Shown in pieces: positions 40,552 to 53,314 of a DNA stretch of 64,000 bases. Position numbers and translations under genes: made by a program. The notes beneath the pieces were generated by a model. The model was not told where the DNA came from and ran no database searches. It saw only the letters and a program-made list of their open reading frames with translations. The stretch comes from Leucoraja ocellata. Taxonomy: Eukaryota. The stretch lies in contig JAWMAR010000026.1 in NCBI GenBank assembly GCA_036785375.1, forward strand, positions 11,904,001 through 11,968,000, given 5' to 3'. Positions within the stretch are counted from its first letter, which is position 1; every line of letters begins with the position of its first letter.

Positions 40552-41638
40552 CAGGCACGTGCCGTGAGTAATTACTCAGATAGGCACTAGGCAGTCAGTT
40601 GACTTTTAAAAATCCTAAAAATCTGCGCATGTGCAGAAAATCGTGACAATCGCACATACGTAGAAAAATCGTAAAAAGCGCGCATGCGCAAATCTGTCCT
40701 GCAGGCAGTCAGTCGACTTTTTAAAAATCTTAAAAACTGCGCATGTGCAGATTGGTCTCTTCTCCTGTGGGCATGCACAGCACCTTGCGTGCAGTCCATA
40801 GTGCAAAGGCAGAATTTCAGCTGCCTTTATCGAACAGAATAAATGAATAAAAAGCAAGTGTGAAACAGCATATAAAAAACAAAAACATATTTATAGTGTC
40901 ATAAACAATATCTATAAATAAATGAAATCATATGTGTCTGAAAAGCAGGAAGAAGACAAAGCTTTTTAATTCCCACCCCTTATTCAACTGCTTTTATACA
41001 AATTTATGCACACCATATGTACACCAGCCACTATATGTACACCAAATTATTTACATTTAAACACTAATCAAATATTTACAAAGCCAAGAAAAGAAAAAAC
41101 CCTCATATACTATACAGTATCTTGGTCATATATACAACCCATCACTCTATAATCACCCTTCCCAATACAATTAGTATAACAAATATCCAACTCACAATCA
41201 CCTATCCTCATCCCAATATCCTTTTAAACAAATGTTTTGTACATCTTTTTAAACTGAATTATGCTTGTGCTAAGTTTTATCTCCTGTTCCAGCCCATTCC
41301 ACAAATTCACACCACAGATTGCTATGCACATACTTTTAAGAGTTGTTCTGACATTGAGTTTTTAAAAATTATGTTCCCCTCAAATTATACCCACCCTGTC
41401 TTTCCATAAATAGGTTTTTGTATATTTCTTGGAAGAAACTATTTCTTGCTTTGTACATGATTTGCACAGTCTTAAATTTGCCTAAGATCGATTATTAAAA
41501 TAATAACCATTTAATAATAGATATTGAATTTAGTAAATGAATTGGAAATTTTAACTATTTATATTTAATAATTACCTTTTTATAATTTTATTCCGGGTAG
41601 GCAGTGCCTCCCTTGCTGACCCTGGCAGCATGTGCCTG
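40552..41638. mobile_element. Non-autonomous hAT element inserted in a Tc1 inverted repeat
   Basis: TIRs CAGGCACGTGC / GCATGTGCCTG; 8-bp TSD GTATAATC/GTATAAAC; subterminal GCGCATG(T/C)GCA repeats. Confidence 0.75.
40850..41490 (-). mobile_element. LINE 3' fragment (L2/Crack-like) nested in the hAT element
   Basis: Minus-strand remnants KFKTVQIMYKARN and VRTTLKSMCIAICGVNLWNGLEQEIK...IQFKKMYK, typical of a LINE ORF2 C-terminus. Confidence 0.6.
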
Positions 41639-41967
41639 GTATAAACACTGGTGAAACCAAAATTTATTATGACTTTATTAAAATCTGACTGTGCACTTTA
41701 ACCACATGTGATTTTTTTTTATAACAAATCTCAAATTGTGGAGTACAGAGGCAATAAATAAATGATGGGTCTTTGTCCCAAACATTACGGACGGCATTGT
41801 AGTACAGTACAGGTACAGGCCCTTGTACAAAACATGATGCCAAGATTAATTCTTAGCTGCCTGCACATAATTCATATTGTTCCATTCCCTACATATCCAT
41901 ATGCCTATCCAAAAGTTTATTAAATACCACCATCACATCTGCCTCCACTACCACCGCCCCGAGCAGC

Positions 41968-42075
41968 TTCTCCTTAGACAACTTGTTCTGTTTAATCTTC
42001 TGTTTGTGCACGCCAGGTTGATTGCATTCGTCGAAACAGGGTGGACCACGTGAAGGTTGCGATCTCCCACCCCAC
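41968..42075 (-). mobile_element. Short retroelement; a second copy in opposite orientation lies at ~42615-42758
   Basis: cacgccaggttgattgcattcgtcgaaacagggtggaccacgtgaaggttgc vs its reverse complement at ~42640-42695; flanked by ccccRagcagc direct repeats. Confidence 0.6.
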
Positions 42076-43152
42076 CCCAAGCAGCATGTTCCAGGCACTC
42101 ATCCCCCTCTGAATAAAAAACTCGCCCGCGGATCTACTTTAAACTTGAACCTCTCACCTTAAAGCTGTGCCCTCTAGCATTTGATAATTCCATCATGGGA
42201 GAAAGATTCTGCCTTGCATTATTTTATATACTTCAATCAGGTCTCCCTGCAACAACTAAAAAGCACGATAACTACAATCCCGTTAATTACCACCTCATCA
42301 GTCTATCATCAATCATCAGCAAAGTGATGGAAGGTGACAGCCACACTGCTATCGAGCTGCATTTACTCACCTATAACCTGCTCCCAATTTGACTATCACC
42401 AGGATTGCTCAGCTCCAGATCTTACCATGGCCTGGTTGAAAAAGGAAGGAATTACAGAGATCAGCATGAGTATTCTTGACATTAAGGCAACATTTGTTTA
42501 GGGCATGAAGGAGCCCTGGTAAATGTGAACTCCGGGGCAATCAAGGGGGGAAAAAAATCACCAGTGACATCAAAGAAAGTTATGTCCCCGACTTGGCAAA
42601 CCTTGCAGAACGGAGGGAGATTGTACAAGGCTTTAGATGATTGCAACATTCACGTGGTCCGCCCTGTTTCAACAAATGCAATCAACCTGGCGTGCACAAT
42701 CAAATAAGAACAAATAGAACAAGTTGTCCTACAACTTTAGACCATACGCAAAAAGAAGTTGAATAAGATTTGTGCTTCATTGTATGTCAATGAAGGTTCT
42801 TATATGTCACTGGAGCAATCAGGCCAAAATTCAGGCATCAGTGTGTCAGGCCAAGACTGAAAGTAGCACTTGCTACATTGAAAGTGCAATGTCCAACTAT
42901 TCCATTAACATGTTGTGGTGCTCCCATTGGTGAGAATTTGAATTACCTAACCAAATCCAGTGTATGTTCAAGACTAGGGAAAAGCCTTACAACCTTCACA
43001 ACCTGGGAGAACCTTCGTCCACAAAATCTGTGTTCTGGAAGGCTGGCATCAGGAACCAAAATATAATGTGCTGGTGATATTCAGCGGAATCTGTGGAGAG
43101 AGAGAGACGGAATTAACATATTTGACTGGCATCTTTTCATTCTTTTCATGAA

Positions 43153-43375
43153 TAGAAACATAGAAACATAGAAATTAGGTGCAGGAGTAGGCCATTCGGC
43201 CCTTCGAGCCTGCACCGCCATTCAATATGATCATGGCTGATCATCCAACTCAGTATCCCATACCTGCCTTCTCTCCATACCCCCTGATCCCGTTAGCCAC
43301 AAGGGCCACTAACTCCCTCTTAAATATAGCCAATGAACTGGCCTCAACTACCTTCTGTGGCAGAATAGTTCCAGA
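43153..43375 (-). mobile_element. CR1 3' end
   Basis: (atagaaac)n tail + taggtgcaggagtaggccattcggccc. Confidence 0.85.
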
Positions 43376-43939
43376 ATGTCGTGCTTTTATTTCAGATTTG
43401 TAAAAGCAGCAGTTTAAAAAAAATATATATTTGACATCAGGTTAGAGCACATGTCAAGTTAAATGCTCTGTGGAATTCTTTTACCAACTTATTGTTTAGA
43501 TTTTTGTTCTCTTTTTTGTTGGTATTAGGAAGCTCATTTCCAACGCAACTTGGAAGACATAAACCGGTCGCACGAGGAAGTGAACTATAGCGCCACCCAG
43601 TGTAAGCTGTTCATTTTTGGTCTTATTTTCCAGCCAGAGTTCTATGTAGAATTGAAACATCTTCGACAACTTGAAAGTAAGAGGCATAGTTGGACACCAC
43701 TCATCCAGCAATCCGTTTGGAATGTATAACTGATGCTGTCATTAATTGGCAATCAGTTCATTGATGAAGTTCTTTAAATTGCTCGGCTAACGCTCTGTTT
43801 TTGTTTTACAAGGTTCAGTTTAGAGATACAGCGCGGAAACAGGCCCTTAGGCCCCTCGAGTCCATGCAATCCCTGCACAATATACAGCACACACTAGAGA
43901 CAATTTACAATTTTCCCAAGTCAATTCGGAAGATACAGG

Positions 43940-45672
43940 ACCTTTTCATTTCAAAGAGGAAGAAAGATTCTGAAGGGAGAATGAGGCGACTGTGACTGAC
44001 AAGGGAAGTCAAAGACAGCATAAAGCTAAACAAGTGAAGGCAGAAAACATTACAAAGATTAGTGGGAAGCTAGAGGATTGGGAACCTTTTCAAAAACCAC
44101 AGCAGGTAACTAAAAATACAATAAGGGGAGAAAAGTTGAAATATAAAAGTAAGCCAGCCAGTAATATAAAAGAGAACAGTGAAAGATTATTCAGATCTAT
44201 GAAGTGTCACAAGGAGGCAAGAGTGGATATTGGATCTTGAAAAATTATGCTGGAGAAGTGATAATGAGGAATAAAGAAATGGCAGATGAATTAAATACGT
44301 TTTTTTTGCATCAGTTTTCACGGTGGAAGACACCAGCAGCATGCCGGAAATTCAAGAGAGTCAGGGGTGGAAGTTAGCGGAATGGTTACTACTAAAAGCC
44401 CTGACCCACGGTACGAGTTCATTCCAAGAGCTCTCCTGAGTTTAAAAAAAATCAAACTTGTGGTAAGCACGGAGAATGAACCTAGCGGGTATGTCGGAGC
44501 TCGGGGACATCTCTTAATGGAAAAATGTTGAAAACATGTCCACGACAGCCCCGAGTACCGACCAGTGACCAATACCGTAAATATCCGAGTTCGAATCAGG
44601 GCAAAACTCGGGAGAACTCTTGGAATGAACTCGTACCATGGGACAGGGCTTTAAGGAGAAGGTGCTTGGGAAGCTGAAAGGTCTGAAGTTTGCTAAGTCA
44701 CCTGGACTGCACCTCAGGGTTCTGAACAAGTTGGCTTTAAAAATGTGGAGGCAATTGTGGACAAGCTAGAAAAATGTTCCCAATGTTGGGCAAGTCCAGA
44801 ACCAGGGGCCACAGACTTAGAATAAAGGGGAGGCCATTTAAGACTGAAGTGAGAAAAAAACTTTTTCACCCAGAAAGTTGTGAATTTGTGGAATTCCCTG
44901 CCACAGAGGGCAGTGGAGGCCAAATCACTGGATGGATTTAAGAGAGAGTTAGATAGAGCTCTAGGGGCTAGTGGATATGGGGAGAAGGCAGGCACGGGTT
45001 ATTGATTGGGGCCGATCAGCCATGATCGCAATGAATGGCGGTGCTGGCTCGAAGGGCTGAATGACTTCCTCCTGCACCTATTTTCTATGTTTCTGGTAGT
45101 GATCATTCAAGCATCACCCTAGTCAGGAGTGGTTCCAGATGATTGGAAAATTGTGAATATTACTCCACTGTCCAAGAAGTGAACAAAGAAGAAGAATGAA
45201 AACTATAGCCTGACTTCAGTGTATGGTAAGATTTTGGAGTCCAATATAAAGGATAAGATTTCTGAGTACTTAGAAGCACACAATAAAATAGGATGAAGTG
45301 AGCATGGTTTTGTGAAAGGGAGATCTTGCCTGACGAGCCTTTTGGAATTCTTTGAGTAAATAAATCGCAGGATGGACAAAGGAGAGTCAGTGGATGTTGT
45401 TAACCTGGATTTTCGGAAGGCCTTTGATAAGGTGCCACACGTGAGACTGTTAAAGAAGATTGGATAACCATGGTATCAGAGGGAAGATACAAGCGTGGAT
45501 AGCAAGTTGGCTGGATGATGGGAGGCAGAGAGTGGCAATAAAGGGGGATTTTGCTGCCAGTGACTAGCAGTGTCCCATCGAGGTCGGTGCTGGGGCCGTT
45601 ACTCTTCACGTTGTATATCAATGATTTGGATTAGGGAATTGAAGACTTTGTGGCCAAGTTTTCAGATGATAT
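43940..45672 (+). mobile_element. Degenerate CR1 ORF2 with a nested MITE and a nested CR1 3' fragment (~44765-45093)
   Basis: KEKVLGKLKGL, VPDDWK, HGFVKGRSCLT, DFRKAFDKVPH, FSDD remnants. Confidence 0.85.
44396..44651. mobile_element. PIF/Harbinger-type MITE
   Basis: ~35-bp TIRs AAGCCCTGACCCACGGTACGAGTTCATTCCAAGAG / CTCTTGGAATGAACTCGTACCATGGGACAGGGCTT; TAA TSD at 44393-44395 and 44652-44654. Confidence 0.85.
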
Positions 45673-46151
45673 GAATAATAATAATAATAATCTTTATTTA
45701 TATATATGAAGATAAATGGGGGGGCATATAGTGTAGAGAAAGCGGGAACTCTGTAGAAGGACTTCACCAAATTGCGAATTAACGTCTTTCTTATTGCTTG
45801 GAAGTGGATCTGAAATGGTCAGTTCATGTTCTGTTCCTTGCAAATTGATTTAACATATTGGACCAAAGTTTACTACTTGACAGAAAAATAGGGTAGATAG
45901 ATTATATAAACAAAATTCTTTGATCTCGTATCATAGATGTGAATAATATTAATACCTTAAAGGACTTCAGTTGTCTGTATCGCTTACATTCCTTTTCTCT
46001 TATATTTATTTGTGTTTCATTATTTCTTCTGTTAATTTATCTCCATGCATTATGGTATTTATGATATTGTTGGGAAATTGGGAAGGGCAAGTTAATGACG
46101 TGTTTGTGGAGGAGCCACTTGGGATCAGTGACCACAGTTCGATTAGGTTAA

Positions 46152-47805
46152 AGTAGCAATGTTACAAAATTTTGAGATTTAAAAAAGCAAATCTGCAATT
46201 TATCCCATCAGATAAAGCATAAAAAGAAGTTTAATTTGACACCTCACTTTCATATCTTCAGTGCTAAAAAAGTTATGGCCATTTTCATACTCTGAAATTA
46301 GCATCTTGTTCCCTATTGCTTTTCCATTGACTTAACTCAAAAGCTGTGATCGAGGACAGTCAAAAGCCCATAACTTTAAAAAAAAATTAAGAGAACTGAA
46401 TGAAATTTTCAGTTATTATAGATTGAAACATTCTGAAACAAATATGAAACAATCTTACTTGGATGACCTGAAATTAAGGTATATACCATATAACCATATA
46501 ACCATATAACAATTACAGCACGGAAACAGGCCATCTCGACCCTTCTAGTCCGTGCCGAACACATAATCTCCCCTAGTCCCATATACCTGCGCTCAGACCA
46601 TAACCCTCCATTCCCTTCCCATCCATATAACTATCCAATTTATTTTTAAATGATAAAAACAAACCTGCCTCCACCACCTTCACTGGAAGCTCATTCCACA
46701 CAGCTACCACTCTCTGAGTAAAGAAGTTCCCCCTCATGTTACCCCTAAACTTCAGTCCCTTAATTCTCAAGTCATGTCCCCTTGTTTGAATCTTCCCTAC
46801 TCTCAGTGGGAAAAGCTTTTCCACGTCAACTCTGTCTATCCCTCTCATCATTTCAAAAACCTCTATCAAGTCCCCCCTTAACCTTCTGCGCTCCAAAGAA
46901 TAAAGCCCTAACTTGTTCAACCTTTCTCTGTAACTTAGTTGCTGAAACCCAGGCAACATTCTAGTAAATCTCCTCTGTACTCTCTCTATTTTGTTGACAT
47001 CCTTCCTATAATTAGGCGACCAAAATTGTACACCATACTCCAGAATTGGCCTCACCAATGCCTTGTACAATTTTAACATTAAATCCCAACTTCTATACTC
47101 AATATAATTAGTTTGTTACCTAATTGTAGCTAATTACAAAATTCAATTACTAGATCTAAACATCTATCCATTTCTTAAGAAAAGATTAACATTTTTAAAT
47201 AGCCTAAGTGTCCAAATAACATTCACACAAGAATTCACAATATAACATGATTTTAAAATCTCATTGTCATGAATTTATAGGCCAAATGGAAGGAATTTAA
47301 TGTTTAATTCCCGTAAATTAATGGGCATTTAAATCGAGTGGGTTTTTGTGGAACGCGATCGATTGGAACGTTGCGATCGTGGTGAATTTGAACCCCATAT
47401 CAGCAGGAAAAACACTGTCAGTTCGTATGGGGCAAAAATCACATTTTTGCCAAGGAAATTTTGATTGAAGTCACCCCAAGAAGCAAGTTTATATGTAAAA
47501 TAAACGACTTACCCAGTGTTTTGTCCCCTACTTGAGATCCGTCACGTTGTAGGCGTTGACGGCGTTAGAAGTAGCTTTTTATTTTAATCCAGCGATTAAA
47601 TTGTCCCTCGATTTAAAAAAAAAACCATATAGAGAATGGAAGTCCAGTCGATTGTTCTGCAGCAGCTGGCAGCCCAAGGAAGTTCACCTCCAACAGGCAG
47701 GAGAAAACGACATTTTAATCCCCCCCCTTAAAGGTGCCAAAGTCTCGCACACTGCCAGTGGCAGAACTGCAGCGCCGCTGAAGGTAAGTTTTGTACCATC
47801 GCTAA
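46152..47805. mobile_element. Non-autonomous Kolobok-like DNA transposon
   Basis: Imperfect TIRs TAGCAATGTTACAAAATTT / AAGTTTTGTACCATCGCTA; TTAA TSD at 46148-46151 and 47806-47809; left end starts AG; removal restores the host CR1 frame SDHSSIRLKIVMDR. Confidence 0.75.
46481..47103 (-). mobile_element. CR1 3' fragment, same young subfamily as 49668-52146
   Basis: 168-aa ORF differs from the ORF ending at 52071 at 6 residues; same 3' UTR and (ccatataa)n tail; nested in a DNA transposon. Confidence 0.95.
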
Positions 47806-49667
47806 TTAAAGATAGTTATGGATAGGGTCCATGGAGCGGATCCATGTGTTAAAATGCTCAAGTGGGGTAAGGCCAGCTTTGAGGGTATGAGAGAAGGTCT
47901 CGCTTAAGTTGACTGGAGCTGGATATTTGAGGGGAAAGGAACATGTTTTTAAAACGTGTGTTTTAAATGTGCGCTGACAAAAACTCAGGATATATATGTC
48001 CCCGTTAGAGTGAAGGGCAAAGCAGGCAAAGATAAGGAAGCCTGGCTGATGACGGCAATTGAGGCGTTGGCCAAAAACATGAAGGATGCATGGGACAGGT
48101 ATTGGCAGTTGGAACAAGTGCATTCCTGGAGGAGTTCCGGTAAGTAAGGAGTAAATTGAAAAAGGATATCAGAAGGGCAAAAAGGGGCCAGGAGATAGCT
48201 TTGGCGGGTAGCATTAAGGACAATCCCAAAAGATTTTATAAATACGTAAGGGGGAAAGGGGTAACTAGAAAGAGAATGGGACTTCTCAGGAATCAAAGCG
48301 GTCACCACTGTGTGGAGCCACGAGAGATGGGCAAGGTCATCAATGAGTATTTCTCCTCTGTATTTACCTCGGAGAAAGACAATAGGATGGAGGAACTTGG
48401 GGCAGTCAATGGAAGTGTCTTGAGAGCAGTCAGTGTTACTGTCTAAGAAGTACTGAAGTTTCTGTCGTGTATGAAGGTAGACAAATCTCCAGGGCCTGAT
48501 CAGACATATCTGAGGACATTGCGGGAAACTTGAGACAAAAATTGCGAGAGCTCTGGTTAAAATCGATGAGTCGTCCTTAAATACAGGAGAGGTGCCGGAA
48601 GACTGGAGGGTGGAAAATATTGTGCTTCTTTCCAAGAAGGGCTGCAGGGAAAATGCTGGGAATTATAAGCCGGTGAGCTTAACATCTGTAGTTGGAAAGT
48701 TATTAGAGAGTATTCTGAGGAAGAGGTTATACAGGAATTTGGATGGGCAAGGGTTGATTAGGGATAGTCAGCATGGTTTTGTACGTGGGAGGTCGTGTCT
48801 CACAAATCAGATTGATTTTTTTGAAGAAGTGACCAAAAAGGTAAATGAGGGCAGATCTGTAGATGTGTACATGGATTTCAGTAAAGCGTTCGGCAAGGTT
48901 CCGCATGGTAGCTGCTCTGGAAGGTTAGATCACAGGGGATACAAGGAGACATAGGTGAATGGATAGGAAATTGGCTCCATGGACCGAAGCAGAGGGTGAT
49001 GGTGAAAGGTTGCTTCTCGGACTGGAGGACTGTGACTTGTGGTGTGCCACAGAGATTGGTGCTGGGCCCGTTACTGTTTGTACTCTACATCAATGATTTG
49101 GATGAGAACATACAGGGCAATATTAACAAGTTTGCTGATGATACAAAAGTTAGTGTTTTTGCAGATAATGAAGATGAGTGTGAAAGATTGCAGCAGGATC
49201 GGGACTGATTGGCCAGGTAGGTGGAGGAATGGTTAATGGAATTTAACACAGAGAAGAGTGAGGTGTTGCATTTTGGGACTGGGAACAAGGGCAGGACCTA
49301 CACAGTAAATGGTAGGCCTCTGGGTAGTGTTGTGGAGCAGAGGGATCTTGGAGTACAAGTGCATGGTTCATTGAAGGTTGAGTCGCAGTAGATAAGGTGT
49401 TCAAAAAGGTGGAAAGATATTGTCAAGCTTGAAATGGTCCAGAAAAGATTTACCAGGATGTTGCCAGGACTAGAGGGTGTGAGCTATAAGGAGAGGTTGA
49501 GTAGGCTAGGTCTCTATTCCATGGAGTGCAGCAGGAAAGGTGAATGAGAGAAAAAGACGGTACATAGGGCAAATCTATGGAAGAGATGCTGAAAGCAACG
49601 ATAATCAAGGAAATTTGGCACTCACAACAGTCCACCGTTGGCTGTGGAATAGGCCAAGTTAGATGCG

Positions 49668-52146
49668 ACAAGGTAGTGATTGTGGGAGATTTCAATTTTC
49701 CACACATAGACTGGGAAACACATTCTGTAAATGGGCTGGATGTTTTGGAGTTTGTAAAATGTGTGCAGGATAGTGTTTTGCAACAATACATAGAAGTACC
49801 TACTAGAGAAGGGGCGGTACTGGACCTCCTGTTAGGAAATGAGATGGGTCAGGTGGCAGAGGTATGCGTTGGGGAACAGTTCGGGTCCAGTGATCACAAT
49901 ACCATTAGTTTCAATATAATTATGGAGAGGGACAAAACTGGACCTAGGGTTGAGATTTTTGATTGGAGAAAGGCTAACTTTGAGGAGATGCGAAAGGATT
50001 TAAAAGGAGTAAATTGGGACAGTTTGTTTTATGGGAAAGATGTGGAAGAGAAATGGAGTACATTTAAAGGTGAAATTTTAAGAGTACAGAATCTTTACGT
50101 CCCTGTTCGGTTGAAAGGAAATCGTAAAAATTGTAAAGAGCCATGGTTTTCAAGGGAAATTGGACACTTGGTTCGGAAAAAGAGGGAGATCTACAATAAT
50201 TATAGGCAGCGTGGAGTAAATGAGGTACTTGAGGAGTATAAAGAATGTAAAAAGAATCTTAAGAAAGAAATTAGAAAAGCTAAAAGAAGATATGAGGTTG
50301 CTTTGGCAAGTAAGGTAAAAGTAAATCCGAAGGGTTTCTACCGCTATATTAATAGCAAAAGGATAACGAGGGATAAAATTGGTCCATTAGAGAGTCATAG
50401 TGGACAGCTATCTGCAGAGCCAAAAGAGATGGGGGAGATATTGAACAGTTTCTTTTCTTCGGTATTCACCAAGGAGATGGATATTGAATTATGTGAGGTA
50501 AGGGAAACAAGTAGAGTAGCTATGGAAACTATGAGGATCAAAGAAGAGGAAGTACTGACACTTTTGAGAAATATAAAAGTGGATAAGTCTCCAGGTCCGG
50601 ACAGGATATTCCCTAGGACATTGAGGGAAGTTAGTGTAGAAATAGCAGGGGCTATGGCAGAAATATTTCAAATGTCATTAGAAACGGGAATAGTGCCGGA
50701 GGATTGGCGTACTGCGCATGTTGTTCCATTGTTTAAAAAGGGGTCTAAGAGTAAACCTAGCAATTATAGACCTGTTAGTTTGACGTCAGTGGTGGGCAAA
50801 TTAATGGAAAGAATACTTAGAGATAATATATATAAGCATCTGGATAAACAGGGTCTGATTAGGAACAGTCAACATGGATTTGTGCCTGGAAGGTCTTATT
50901 TAACTAATCTTCTTGAATTTTTTGAAGATGTTACACGGGAAATTGATGAGGGTAACGCAGTGGATGTTGTGTATATGGACTTCAGTAAGGCCTTTGACAA
51001 GGTTCCTCATGGAAGGTTGGTTAAGAAGGTTCAATGGTTGGGTATTAATGGTGGAGTAGCAAGATGGATTCAACAGTGGCTGAATGGGAGATGCCAGAGA
51101 GTAATGGTGGATGGTTGTTTGTCAGGTTGGAGGCCAGTGACGAGTGGGGTGCCACAGGGATCTGTGTTGGGTCCACTGTTGTTTGTCATGTACATCAATG
51201 ATCTGGATGATGGTGTGGTAAATTGGATTAGTAAGTATGCAGATGATACTAAGATAGGTGGGGTTGCGGGTAATGAAGTAGAGTTTCAAAGTCTACAGAG
51301 AGATTTATGCCAGTTGGAAGAGTGGGCTGAAAGATGGCAGATGGAGTTTAATGCTGATAAGTGTGAGGTGCTACATCTTGGCAGGACAAATCAAAATAGG
51401 ATGTAAATGGTAGGGAATTGAAGAATGTAGGTGAACAGAGGGATCTGGGAATAACTGTGCACAGTTCCCTGAAAGTGGAATCTCATGTAGATAGGGTGGT
51501 AAAGAAAGCTTTTGGTGTGCTGGCCTTTATAAATCAGAGCATTGAGTATAGAAGTTGGGATGTAATGTTAAAATTGTACAAGGCATTGGTGAGGCCAATT
51601 CTGGAGTATGGTGTACAATTTTGGTCGCCTAATTATAGGAAGGATGTCAACAAAATAGAGAGAGTACAGAGGAGATTTACTAGAATGTTGCCTGGGTTTC
51701 AGCAACTAAGTTACAGAGAAAGGTTGAACAAGTTAGGGCTTTATTCTTTGGAGCGCAGAAGGTTAAGGGGGGACTTGATAGAGGTTTTTAAATTGATGAG
51801 AGGGATAGACAGAGTTGACGTGGAAAAGCTTTTCTCACTGAGAGTAGGGAAGATTCAAACAAGGGGACATTACATGAGAATTAAGGGACTGAAGTTTAGG
51901 GGTAACATGAGGGGGAACTTCTTTACTCAGAGAGTGGTAGCTGTGTGGAATGAGCTTCCAGTGAAGGTGGTGGAGGCAGGTTCGTTTTTATCATTTAAAA
52001 ATAAATTGGATAGTTATATGGATGGGAAGGGAATGGAGGGTTATGGTCTGAGCGCAGGTATATGGGACTAGGGGAGATTATGTGTTCGGCACGGACTAGA
52101 AGGGTCGAGATGGCCTGTTTCCGTGCTGAAATTGTTATATGGTATA
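49668..52146 (+). mobile_element. Young 5'-truncated CR1 LINE (partial APE endonuclease + RT ORF2)
   Basis: ORFs 49577-51406 and 51418-52071: [41 protein letters not shown]; one frameshift near 51404; tail of ggt(t)atat units. Confidence 0.95.
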
Positions 52147-53314
52147 TGGTTATATGACTTGACATGACGCATATTTGGGTCATTTTGTTTCCATTTTAGA
52201 TTTAAAAAACCTGAATGCTTTCTCTATTTCCTCAAAATTGTGTCTTGGGAAATATTAACTACCACACATGGTCGCATGATCTCCTGCTCTCTTGTCACCG
52301 TAATATATTGATGGGAGTATATTCACAATTCATTAAAAAAAGTTGAACAATGCATAGATTAATAAATATCAACCATCTCTGCAGATCAGCTTCAACATCT
52401 GAATGACAAAGTAAGCGGTCTGCGTCGAATAGTTTACTATAAAACTTTATTGCTGATGCACTTTTGGACAATAACGGGCAACAGGCTGGTTTTATTCTCG
52501 CTCTGGCATACACGGATTGGCTCACGAGATCCCGTTCATCGGCCATCTTTTATAAACAAGGAAACAAATAACTCTTAATCGGCAAGCGTATTAATTACAA
52601 ATTAAAGTCATAGAAATATATCAAATGACCAAATAACCAAAACCAATAAAATGGAAATTACTCGAGACTGATCAAGCTACCAGAATGTACATTTTTTCCC
52701 AAGCTGATGAAATTATTTATCTATGTTCACATATTAGGAAATATGTCCTCAATAGATGTTATTCTTATATGTCCGTTACACGTATGTGAATAGATACTTA
52801 AGTAGTTCAATACAAGGATTTTTATCATGCGATAGTACTTATTAGAAGCTGATCACTTAAAAGTGTACATGCATAACGACCATTCCGTATTTTGTGGGGG
52901 TCTTTCCTGCAATGTTTCACACATTTATTGCTTCAACGTAAAAGTGCTCCTTCTCATTGATGCTGAACCATGAAACACACGTTCCGATCAACAACCAGCA
53001 CATCAATCCTTCTCCTAAAAGTTCTCCTTGTTATTCAGTATTGTTTGTAAAGATCCATTACAGAGTAAATAATGCAAAGATTTGGCATGTTTGATTTGTT
53101 AGGTCTATCCACATTGGTCTACCAGCATGGGCATGAGGGCTTCAAATCTTGCGAAATTTCGGAATCTCAATTTCTGTATCTTAAATACCCCCCCAAAAAT
53201 ATAAAGTTTCAAAGTTGTAAAGACAATAGTAAGAAAATTAAAAACTAAATAAGAATTTCTTCCAGTGTAATTTCCGCGGCTGATCTGAACGTAATAGACA
53301 TTAGCATACAATGT

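Larger units (their letters stand above)
39161..41799 (-). mobile_element. Tc1 DNA transposon with a degenerate transposase
   Basis: TA|CAGTGCCCTC...GGCATTG|TA; long inverted repeats; ORF 39580-40038 WKKVLWTDETKINL...VKHGGGGVMAW; frameshifted. Confidence 0.93.
46060..49540 (+). mobile_element. Older degenerate CR1 ORF2, split by the Kolobok-like insertion
   Basis: Fragments SDHSSI, IKDNPKRFYKY, PEDWR, NYKPVSLTS, DFSKAF, GVPQ, FADDTK with many stops and frameshifts. Confidence 0.9.

Noticed and set aside
43529-43729. Exon-like frame EAHFQRNLEDINRSHEEVNYSATQ sharing SATQ with the receptor tail
   Set aside because: Only 11 nt are shared, and they coincide with a CTCF-like motif; no other homology
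49577-51406. 609-aa ORF as a host gene or active LINE
   Set aside because: It is CR1 ORF2, truncated within the endonuclease and frameshifted; the first ~30 codons are flanking read-through
52295-52546. Minus-strand ORF MADERDLVSQSVYARAR as an ITIM-bearing exon
   Set aside because: SVYARA lacks the L/V at Y+3, the acceptor is weak and no linked exons were found
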